Origin: Planctomycetaceae bacterium
GTDB taxonomy: Bacteria; Planctomycetota; Planctomycetia; Planctomycetales; Planctomycetaceae
Direction of reading: 5' to 3'
NCBI GenBank assembly: GCA_021732845.1
Contig: JAKFUF010000003.1
Coordinates: 1-64,000 of the forward strand
Length of the DNA stretch: 64,000 nucleotides
Below the pieces are notes generated by a model. It did no database searches. It saw only the letters and a program-made list of their open reading frames with translations, and had not been told where the DNA came from. This document shows positions 40,047 to 47,921 of the stretch, one piece after another. Both the position numbers and the translations under genes were made by a program. Within the stretch, counting starts at the first letter, position 1, and every line of letters begins with the position of its first letter.

Positions 40047-40684
40047 TTCGCGTTCGACTTGCACCAGAGCCCCCCGGATTCAATGCCACAGTCCGCGAGC
40101 CAGGGTTGAGTGCGATCGCTGAAATGGTTGGAGAACCACCGACCATTGCCCGCCCCGGTCCTCGCCGGAAAAAGATCGCCGCGCGGAGGGAAGAGATTCC
40201 TGCAGAGCTGTTCCCGGACTTTTGGACAACGGCCATTGATGACCTGCTGCGGGAGTATCACCGCCTTTGCTGCTACATCGAGCCCGTGACTGGATTGCCG
40301 ACCGTCGATCACATGGCACCAAAGTCACGGGTGTGGAACAAGGTCTATGAATGGGACAACTACCGGCTTGCATGCCACTTGATGAATGCGCGCAAAAGCG
40401 ATCTCGAGTCGGTGCTCGATCCGTTTGAAGTGCAGAATGATTGGTTTGAACTGGAACTCGTGGCGTTCCAGGTCAAGCCGAGAAAACGGTTTCGCAACCC
40501 CTTGTTGAAGCGAGTTGAAGAAACACTTTTCATTCTCAACAAGCTGGATTGCCGCAGATTACGACAGGACTACGCCGTGAACTATTGGCAGTCCCACATT
40601 GACCTCGAATACTTGACGAGACGCGCTCCTTTTGTGGCCATGGCGCTGAGACGGCAAGGTCGGCTGCGGCTGGGCGATAACTGA
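40043..40684 (+). CDS. ptuB: HNH endonuclease-like protein, Septu PtuB-like (TIGR02646-type)
   Basis: ATGA start/stop overlap with ptuA; CCYIEP...VDHMAPKS...WDNYRLACHLMNARK HNH motif. Confidence 0.7.
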   Translation: MIRVRLAPEPPGFNATVREPGLSAIAEMVGEPPTIARPGPRRKKIAARREEIPAELFPDFWTTAIDDLLREYHRLCCYIEPVTGLPTVDHMAPKSRVWNKVYEWDNYRLACHLMNARKSDLESVLDPFEVQNDWFELELVAFQVKPRKRFRNPLLKRVEETLFILNKLDCRRLRQDYAVNYWQSHIDLEYLTRRAPFVAMALRRQGRLRLGDN

Positions 40685-40736
40685 TCGATCATTCGCGGGA
40701 TCCCTGATGGCCATGACTGGTCTGGCAACAGACAGA

Positions 40737-42440
40737 TCATCTGCGGCGAAGTGCTCTTCCTGGTCGCTTCCCCGTGTGTTCCCCGTTGTCGATCACCAAC
40801 ACGCCATTCACGATCACCGTGTGGATCCCTTCCGCGTACTGGAAGGGGTCGGTGTAGGTGGCGTGGTCGGTCACGGTGGCGGGGTTGAACAGGACCACGT
40901 CCGCGGCCATGCCGGGCTTGAGCAATCCCCGGTCTTGCAGGCCGATTCTCGCAGCGTTCAAGGAGGTCATCTTTCGGATCGCGTCTTCCAGTGTCAGCAC
41001 TTTGAGGTCGCGAACATAGACGCCGAGCACGCGCGGGAAGGTGCCGAAGCTGCGTGGGTGCGGGTTGCCACGACGCAGGCTACCGGCAACGGCCAGCGCC
41101 GAGCCATCCGATCCGACTGAACACCAGGGCTGCCGCAGGGCCAGCAGCATGTCTTCGTCGGTGTGATGGGCGTAGACCGTGCTGACGCTGCCATTCTCCT
41201 GGATCAGGTAGTCCATCAGTTCGTCGAGCAGGTCGGGCGGAGGTGATTTCCCCTTCACTCGTTCCGCCATCACGCGGTCCATCGTCAGGCCCTTGAGGAC
41301 GGTCTCCTTGCTGATCAACATCCGGCTCCAGTCACCGCCGACGGCGGTGTAGTGGTTGTACCAGCCCGGCACGCCTTCGCGGATGTCGCGCTTCAGCCGC
41401 TCGCGCAAGCTGGGATCCTTGAGCCGCTCCAGCATTTTGGGTGTGCCACCCTCATGGGCCCAGGGTGGAATGATGCTCGCCAGGTCGTTGTTTCCCCGTG
41501 TGTACGGGTAGACATTCGCCTGAACATTGACGCCGCGGCTGCGTGCCGCGTCAATCAGGGAGATGATCTCGTTCATCCGCCCCCAGTACTGCTGGTCGGC
41601 GATTTTGAGGTGGATGATGTCCACGGGAATTTGTGCCCGTTCGCCAATCGCGATCGCCTCTTTGACAGCGTCAAACACGCCAAGGCCTTCATTGCGAATG
41701 TGCGAGGAGTACAACCCGCCCGGGCGCAGTTCCTGGCAAAGTTCCACCAGTTCATCGGTCGTCGCCAGCGAGCCGGGCGGCATCATCAGCATGCTGGACA
41801 GCCCCACGGCACCCTGATCGAGGGCCTCCCGGATCAGGCCCCGCATCTCCTGGAGCTGCACGGCGGTGGGCCGCTCGAAGGTCTCGCCCATGACGCACCG
41901 CCAAATGGTGCCCATCCCCACATACGAAGCGGCATTCACGGCGGTCCCTTCGTGGTCGAGGTGATCGAAATACTCGCCCAGCGATGTCCATTCCAGGGTC
42001 TTGCCCGGCTTCAGGAATTTTCGAGACGACAGTTTTCCCTTGGCGGGGGCGGCCGATTCGCCTTCGCCAAACACCTCGGTCGTCACACCCTGGCGGATCT
42101 TGCTCTGGGCCGCACCATCTTCGAGCAGGATCGTGTCGGAATGCGAGTGAATATCAATGAACCCCGGCGCGACCACGAGACCCGTGGCTTCAATCTCCCG
42201 CCGCCCGGCACCCGCCGGAATCCGCCCCACCGCGGCAATCTTGCCGTCTTGAATGGCAACATCGGCGAAAAACCATGGATTTCCGCTGCCGTCAACAACC
42301 CGACCGTGACGGATCACGACGTCAAAAGCGGGCTCGGCCGCCAAAAGGGTGCCGGAACTGGCCAGCACGAGCGACAGCGCCAGCAGCCAACGGGCCGGAG
42401 AGGACAAGCAGAGCGTGCAGCTTCGGTCGCAGAGCGGCAT
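40737..42440 (-). CDS. N-acyl-D-amino-acid deacylase (D-aminoacylase) family amidohydrolase, secreted
   Basis: Signal peptide; DVVIRHGRVVDGSG; GFIDIHSHSD metal-binding motif; overall D-aminoacylase length and organisation. Confidence 0.85.
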   Translation of the reverse strand: MPLCDRSCTLCLSSPARWLLALSLVLASSGTLLAAEPAFDVVIRHGRVVDGSGNPWFFADVAIQDGKIAAVGRIPAGAGRREIEATGLVVAPGFIDIHSHSDTILLEDGAAQSKIRQGVTTEVFGEGESAAPAKGKLSSRKFLKPGKTLEWTSLGEYFDHLDHEGTAVNAASYVGMGTIWRCVMGETFERPTAVQLQEMRGLIREALDQGAVGLSSMLMMPPGSLATTDELVELCQELRPGGLYSSHIRNEGLGVFDAVKEAIAIGERAQIPVDIIHLKIADQQYWGRMNEIISLIDAARSRGVNVQANVYPYTRGNNDLASIIPPWAHEGGTPKMLERLKDPSLRERLKRDIREGVPGWYNHYTAVGGDWSRMLISKETVLKGLTMDRVMAERVKGKSPPPDLLDELMDYLIQENGSVSTVYAHHTDEDMLLALRQPWCSVGSDGSALAVAGSLRRGNPHPRSFGTFPRVLGVYVRDLKVLTLEDAIRKMTSLNAARIGLQDRGLLKPGMAADVVLFNPATVTDHATYTDPFQYAEGIHTVIVNGVLVIDNGEHTGKRPGRALRRR

Positions 42441-42510
42441 GATGGTCCTACCCAGTTGGCGGGATTTTTGGTATGTCTGTGAGGATTGTAAGAGTTCGAG
42501 AGAACATTAG

Positions 42511-42615
42511 GGATTTTCGATTATTGATTTTTGATTTTCGATTGATGGACCCACGGAGTTCCTGTGTTGGACCCGGTGACAAAAATCGAAAATCACCGAT
42601 CGAAAATCGAAAATG
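42511..42615. repeat. palindromic element built from TCGAAAATCGAAAAT / ATTTTCGATTTTCGA arms flanking GGACCC...GGACCC
   Basis: ATTTTCGATTATTGATTTTTGATTTTCGATTGATGGACCC versus GGACCCGGTGACAAAAATCGAAAATCACCGATCGAAAATCGAAAAT. Sits in the divergent promoter region between the D-aminoacylase and aroH genes. A partial copy lies at 22733-22766. Confidence 0.45.
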
Positions 42616-42631
42616 TTTCGGAGAAACAAAC

Positions 42632-43006
42632 ATGGCAGTCCGCGGACTCCGCGGCGCGACGAGCGTCCTGCAGAACACACGTGAGGAGATTCTGGAGGCG
42701 GCCCGCGAGCTGTTGCGAGAGATGCTCCGCGCGAACGAACTCGAAAACGACTTCGATGAGATCGTTTCGATCCTGTTCACCACCACGCCCGACTTGAATG
42801 CCACCTTCCCGGCGGAAGCCGCCCGGGAATTGGGCATGCACCAGGTGCCGCTGCTGTGTGCCTCGGAAATCGACGTGCCCGGCCGTCTGCCAAGATGCGT
42901 GCGGATGCTGATGCATGTGAACACGGACAAGCCACAGAAGGCGATGGTCCACATCTACCTGCGTGAGGCCAAGGCCCTCCGGCCCGATGTTCGCAGCGCG
43001 CAATAG
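42632..43006 (+). CDS. aroH: chorismate mutase, AroH class
   Basis: [12 protein letters not shown]...[19 protein letters not shown]...[12 protein letters not shown] closely parallels Bacillus AroH. GGAGAAACAAAC RBS. Confidence 0.85.
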   Translation: MAVRGLRGATSVLQNTREEILEAARELLREMLRANELENDFDEIVSILFTTTPDLNATFPAEAARELGMHQVPLLCASEIDVPGRLPRCVRMLMHVNTDKPQKAMVHIYLREAKALRPDVRSAQ

Positions 43007-43333
43007 TTCGAGGTGCAATTCCATGTCGTCCCTGCACGTTCGCCCGCGCATGTTGGCGTTCGCCCACGCGGTCTGAAGCTGGGAATGTCAATTGTTTGCA
43101 CGCAAACGATTGGCTTCACGGTGGATGCTCGCCAGTTGCGCAATTTTTCGCATGTGCTTGATGCTCCAATCATTCCTTGGCAAACATGCGAAAAATTGGA
43201 AAGCACTGCCAACAGGCCCCAACCGGCTTGCATGTCCGTCGATACGAGCTAGAGACTTTTGGATCGTGCTCGATTGCGCGATCCACGCAATTGCGGAAAT
43301 TCAGCCCACCGCCAGAATTCCCTGCATCTGGAC

Positions 43334-44719
43334 ATGACCACAACCACCAACGCCAATTACTGCACGGTTGATGCCCAGTCCCTGCGGACGGGAGTGCAGT
43401 TGCGGACCGATGTTTACGACAGCCGCAGCGTCCTGCTGCTGGCCAGTGGCAAAGTCATCACACCACGCGTCCGGCAGCGGCTGCTGAGTCGGGGGATCAA
43501 GGAAGTCCGGGTCCATGAAAGCGAGTTGGGCCGGATCACCGCCATGCAGCCCCAGGGCCGGGCAAAGGAGGCTCCGGCGGACCGGGTGGTGTCCCTTCCG
43601 CGGCCGGTTCGCACGGAATACAGCGATCAACTCGATGAAATGTCGCTCAAGGTGGCGACGGGTTTGCCGCCGCAGGGTGACGCTTTTGTGGATTCGTTAC
43701 AAAAGCACGCCGCTGTTACCTATTCGCCGACGACCATTGACACCTTTGTCGGGCAGCGCGAGCAGAAGGTGGGTCACGTCGCCAGCACCTTTGACACGCT
43801 ATTGCACAAGCGGGTGCTCGATCTGGATGGGCTGCAATCTGTCGTCGACGAAGCCATGCAGGAGATGATCAAGGACGTCGACCTGTTCGCCTGCCTGGGG
43901 ATCAACCCATGTTCGGGCGGCTACCCAGCCCGACACAGTGTGCAGACCACCATGCTGGCGGCGGCCATTGGCACGCAGCTCAAACTGGACCGGCAGACGC
44001 TGAAGGAATTGACGCTTGGCTGCCTGATTCACGATGCCGGAATGCTGCAGATCGACCGCAACGCCTTTGATCGGGGCGATGTGCTCGACCAGGTTGAATT
44101 TCTGGAAATCACCAAACATCCCGTGCTGGTGTTTGACCTGATCAAAAACCGGGAAATGGTCCCGCAGCGGGCGGCGTTCGTCGCCTATCAGATTCACGAA
44201 CGCGAGAACGGGACCGGCTATCCCCGACAAAGATGCGGATCACAAATCCACTTTCTGTCAAAGATTGCCGCGGTGGCCGACACCTTTGTGGGATTGGTTT
44301 CGCCCCGGCAGCACCGTCCGGCCATGCTCCCCTATGCCGCCATGGCCCGCATGCTGCACAGCACGCGGGAAGGGCTGTTCGACCCGCTGGCGGTCCGGGC
44401 GCTGCTGCGGGCGGTGTCCCTGTTTCCGTTGGGCTCGTTTGTTGAACTCAATGACAAGCGCGTCGGGCGGGTCATCCGCAGCAACGGCGATGCCTACAAT
44501 CGCCCCACCGTGGAGGTTTGGAACCCCCAGGTGAGGTACGCGACATTGGAGGTTGTGGACCTTAGCCAAACCCCGGATTTGCAAGTCGTCCGCACTCCGG
44601 AATCGGTGGCTCTCCCCGAAACTGAACCTGAGCCCGAGTCACCGGTAATGCCGCCAGCTTCTGTTCCAGCCCCTGCCAAGGCAAAGGTCGCGGCGTCCGC
44701 CGAAGATTTCTGGGAGTAG
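43334..44719 (+). CDS. HD-GYP domain phosphodiesterase with unknown N-terminal domain
   Basis: CLIHDAGM (HD) and HERENGTGYP (GYP). Confidence 0.8.
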   Translation: MTTTTNANYCTVDAQSLRTGVQLRTDVYDSRSVLLLASGKVITPRVRQRLLSRGIKEVRVHESELGRITAMQPQGRAKEAPADRVVSLPRPVRTEYSDQLDEMSLKVATGLPPQGDAFVDSLQKHAAVTYSPTTIDTFVGQREQKVGHVASTFDTLLHKRVLDLDGLQSVVDEAMQEMIKDVDLFACLGINPCSGGYPARHSVQTTMLAAAIGTQLKLDRQTLKELTLGCLIHDAGMLQIDRNAFDRGDVLDQVEFLEITKHPVLVFDLIKNREMVPQRAAFVAYQIHERENGTGYPRQRCGSQIHFLSKIAAVADTFVGLVSPRQHRPAMLPYAAMARMLHSTREGLFDPLAVRALLRAVSLFPLGSFVELNDKRVGRVIRSNGDAYNRPTVEVWNPQVRYATLEVVDLSQTPDLQVVRTPESVALPETEPEPESPVMPPASVPAPAKAKVAASAEDFWE

Positions 44720-44720
44720 C

Positions 44721-45344
44721 TCAGGCGGCGATGCTTTCCGTGACGCCCATCTCACCGAACAGAGCCCGTTCGACGAGGTGGCACACGATATGTTCCGCGG
44801 CCAGGTGTGACTCCTGAATGAACTGGGTCTTGGTGCTGGGTACGCAGATCGCCACATCTGCCAGATCTTTCAGCTTGCCGCCGCTGCCGCACAGGATGAT
44901 GACCTGCATGTTCAGCCGCCGGGCCGCATCGACCGCCTTGATCACGTTCTTCGAATTGCCGCTGGTGCTCAGGCCGATCAGCACATCTCCGGGCTTTCCC
45001 AGGGCCTGGATCTGACGCGCGAACACGCCAGAAAAATCGAAGTCGTTGGCGTAGGCCGTCAGAAACGATGTGTCGGTGGTGAGGGCGATGGCCGGCAGGC
45101 CTGGCCGGGCAAAGTCCATGGTCAGCCGGCTGGTGAACTCCGCCGCCATATGCTGGCAGTCCGCCGCACTGCCGCCATTTCCGCACAGTAGTACCTTGTT
45201 CCCGTGCCGGAACGCGTCGGTGACGAGGTCGGCGGCGGACAGGATCGCCTCGGAACATTGTTCAGCGACGAGCCGCTTTACGTGTGCGCTGTCCCGAAGA
45301 TGCGATTCAATCTGCACAATGCGGCGGTCGATGGGAAGGCTCAT
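44721..45344 (-). CDS. gmhA: D-sedoheptulose-7-phosphate isomerase (SIS domain)
   Basis: LLCGNGGSAADCQHMAAEF; LIGLSTSGNSKNV. Confidence 0.9.
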   Translation of the reverse strand: MSLPIDRRIVQIESHLRDSAHVKRLVAEQCSEAILSAADLVTDAFRHGNKVLLCGNGGSAADCQHMAAEFTSRLTMDFARPGLPAIALTTDTSFLTAYANDFDFSGVFARQIQALGKPGDVLIGLSTSGNSKNVIKAVDAARRLNMQVIILCGSGGKLKDLADVAICVPSTKTQFIQESHLAAEHIVCHLVERALFGEMGVTESIAA

Positions 45345-45399
45345 GGCGATCTCGGATGAACTGGGAGCAAGTCGAAGTGAGGAGCGGTTGAGACGTTGT

Positions 45400-45996
45400 T
45401 CAGGCGGTCCACAGGCGAAGTTTGACGGGTTGTGAGTTCAAGGCCCGGCGCGAGTCAATTTCCAGGCGGTCTTCGATGACATTTGCCGCGTGCAGTAGGT
45501 CCTCCACGACCTCGTCCGCCTGATGCGGCCCCCGCGCGGTCTCGGCACCATAGCCTGTGCGGACAAGCAGGGATGTCGCATTGACTGACTGGCCAAGTTC
45601 GAGGTCGCAGTTCTTGTCGCCGATCACAAAACTCTCTGGCAAAGAGAACCCGAAGTCCCGCGCTGCCTGCTGCGCCAGACCCGTGAGCGGCTTGCGGCAC
45701 GCGCAGCGATCTTCTGGCAGGTGTGGGCAAAAATAGATGCCATGCAGCAGCACCCCATCGGCCCGCAGCAACTGCCGCAGGCGGTCGTGAATTTCGTGGA
45801 GCCGGCTTTCCTTGAATTTGCCCCGGCCGATGGCCGACTGGTTGGTGATCACCACGAGGCCCAGCCCCAGTTCCAGCATCCGGCGCAATCCCGGCCCGGC
45901 ATTCGGGCAAAGTTCGAGTTGTTCCGGATCGGAAAGGTAGTGCCGTTCTTGGTTGATCGTTCCGTCGCGATCCACCAGGACAAACCGCCGCGGCAT
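45400..45996 (-). CDS. gmhB: D-glycero-D-manno-heptose 1,7-bisphosphate phosphatase (HAD-IIIA)
   Basis: FVLVDRDGTIN; VVITNQSAIGRG; GDKNCDLELG. Confidence 0.8.
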   Translation of the reverse strand: MPRRFVLVDRDGTINQERHYLSDPEQLELCPNAGPGLRRMLELGLGLVVITNQSAIGRGKFKESRLHEIHDRLRQLLRADGVLLHGIYFCPHLPEDRCACRKPLTGLAQQAARDFGFSLPESFVIGDKNCDLELGQSVNATSLLVRTGYGAETARGPHQADEVVEDLLHAANVIEDRLEIDSRRALNSQPVKLRLWTA

Positions 45997-46039
45997 GCGC
46001 ACCTCTGCGTTGAGAATTTCGATGACGCTGTGTTGTTTC

Positions 46040-46130
46040 GACTTCACAATTTCAAATTTCAGATTTGAAACCAATTTTTGTCGTTCATGACAAGTTTCAC
46101 ACTTTCTGGTGACATTACGCAGCGTCACCC
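46040..46130. repeat. related palindromic intergenic element (CACAATTTCAAATTTCAGATTTGAAACC ... GTGACATTACGCAGCGTCAC)
   Basis: Same core family, in the gmhB / MraY-like intergenic region. Confidence 0.45.
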
Positions 46131-47710
46131 CGGATTTCCGAGCCGCGCGGGGGATGCATCGGGATGCTTGGAGTGCCATTGGTCGAGAGCGTGGCATTCA
46201 GGGGGACACCAGCGCAAAAGGCCGTGAACAATTCCAACAGTTCGCTCAGGTGTTTGGCCTGAGCATGCACGGCCACCCGCCCGCGGACGGCCAGCCGCGT
46301 TTGATGCCGCACACCACGCGGCACCGTGCATGTCAGTTCCCAGTTGGCGGAGACCGGCCCGGCGGTCAGCCGCTGTTTTGCTTCAGGCTTGTCCGCGGAC
46401 CATGAGAGATAGGACAGGCGTTCGTTCGTCTGCAGATCGCGGCTCAAGAACTCCAGCGATTCGCCCTCCATCCGTTCCACACGCCGCACCAGTTGTTCCC
46501 AGAACTCCTGCCACCGGGCCTCGACCGAGGTCTCGAACCGGGCCAACAGAAACCGCGCCCGCAGGGCACGGGGAACGGCGGCCAACTGTGTCCAGACAGC
46601 GGTCACATGCCGTCCGAGCAGGGCAGTTTCACGAAACCCAAAGACTTGGGCGCTGATCAAAGCCACCAACACCCCACTGCAGCCCACGACCGCGATTGCG
46701 TCATGACCCAGAACAGCCGCCGCCAAGACCGAAGCAGCCGTTGCGAAGCACAGGCCACCAATCGCCAGCAGCGTCTGTTGGGGCGTCAAGCCCCGGTCAC
46801 GCAGACAGTGATGGATGTGTTCGCGATCCCCCTGCCCAATGTTGCGGCCGTTCAGTTTCCGCCGCAGGATCGCCATGACGGTGTCGAACATCGGAATGCT
46901 CAACAGCACAAGTGGGGCGACGAGAGTGATTCCCGCCGCCTTTTTGGCGGACCCTTCAATGGCCAGGGCACCCACGAGAAATCCCAGTGGCAAACTTCCC
47001 GAGTCGCCCAGGAAGATCCGCGCGGGTGGCCAGTTGTGGCCGAGAAATCCGATGATGGCTCCGCAAAGCACGACGCAGATGGCCAGCACATCACTCAATT
47101 GATTGAGGTACGCCAGCACGCCCACGGTCGCCACGACGATCAGCGAAACGGTGCCCGCCAGACCATCCAGCCCGTCAATCAGATTGACGAAGTTGGTGCA
47201 GGAGACGAGCCACAACATCGTCAGCGGCAGACCCAGCCAGATGGAGTCAACCTGCCAGCCAAGCAATTCCACGGAAGTGGTGGTGCGGCCCCAGACAGCG
47301 AACGGCAGAATTGCGAGGATCTGCCCAATAAGCTTGATCCGCGCTGACAGAACGAAGCGGTCGTCCCACAGGCCGATCATGCACAACAGGGTTGTGGTCA
47401 ACAGCAGGGCGGGCACGAAGTGCAGGGCACCGTCGCGATGCAGCGAGAAGCCACCCATGGCGAGCGATTCGTAGCAGCCAGCCAGCAGGGTCAGACAGAC
47501 GGCCGCACCGCCCAACAGCGGTGTCGCTGCCGGATGAAGCTTGCGAGTCTTGTCGGGCCAGTCCAGAAATTGCACGCGTCGGGCGAAGTGCCGGGCATAG
47601 AGGGTGAGCAGCCACGACTGCCCCACCGCCAGCGCGAACATCAACCCCAGCATCTCCATTCCCGAACTCCGCATCATCCCTGACGTAATCTCTTTGCCCG
47701 ATTTCGGCAC
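46115..47710 (-). CDS. glycosyltransferase family 4 (MraY/WecA-like polyprenyl-phosphate sugar-1-phosphate transferase) with ~170-aa C-terminal extension
   Basis: NFVNLIDGLDGLAG and FLGDSGSLPLGF signature motifs; about 10 TM helices; long soluble tail. Confidence 0.8.
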   Translation of the reverse strand: MPKSGKEITSGMMRSSGMEMLGLMFALAVGQSWLLTLYARHFARRVQFLDWPDKTRKLHPAATPLLGGAAVCLTLLAGCYESLAMGGFSLHRDGALHFVPALLLTTTLLCMIGLWDDRFVLSARIKLIGQILAILPFAVWGRTTTSVELLGWQVDSIWLGLPLTMLWLVSCTNFVNLIDGLDGLAGTVSLIVVATVGVLAYLNQLSDVLAICVVLCGAIIGFLGHNWPPARIFLGDSGSLPLGFLVGALAIEGSAKKAAGITLVAPLVLLSIPMFDTVMAILRRKLNGRNIGQGDREHIHHCLRDRGLTPQQTLLAIGGLCFATAASVLAAAVLGHDAIAVVGCSGVLVALISAQVFGFRETALLGRHVTAVWTQLAAVPRALRARFLLARFETSVEARWQEFWEQLVRRVERMEGESLEFLSRDLQTNERLSYLSWSADKPEAKQRLTAGPVSANWELTCTVPRGVRHQTRLAVRGRVAVHAQAKHLSELLELFTAFCAGVPLNATLSTNGTPSIPMHPPRGSEIRGDAA

Positions 47711-47894
47711 ACCAGTCGCGAATCCGCTGGCGGTGTCCCGTTATCGGGCGAGGCGATTTAGCGCGCTCGCGTCCCCCCCTGTACATTCCGTAGGGGGCGG
47801 TAAAATATCGCCGCGTCTCATCTGTGAACAGGTCAATTTGGAGAGAATGGAAAGATCGCAAATCCTTCCATGGCGGCCCCTCAACCGGTGACCC

Positions 47895-47921
47895 GTTTGT
47901 CATTTGTCATTTGTCATTTGT
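47895..47921. repeat. TTTGTCA heptamer x3-4 (reverse complement AATGACA) spanning the PBP2 stop codon
   Basis: TTTGTCATTTGTCATTTGTCATTTGTG. Related to the AATGACC arrays at 12391-12425 and 51233-51320. Confidence 0.5.

Noticed and set aside
42473-42631. N-terminal extension of the aroH ORF ([26 protein letters not shown]...).
   Set aside because: The extension is encoded by the palindromic TCGAAAAT element. AroH homology begins at [12 protein letters not shown], which has a good RBS, so the start was moved to 42632.
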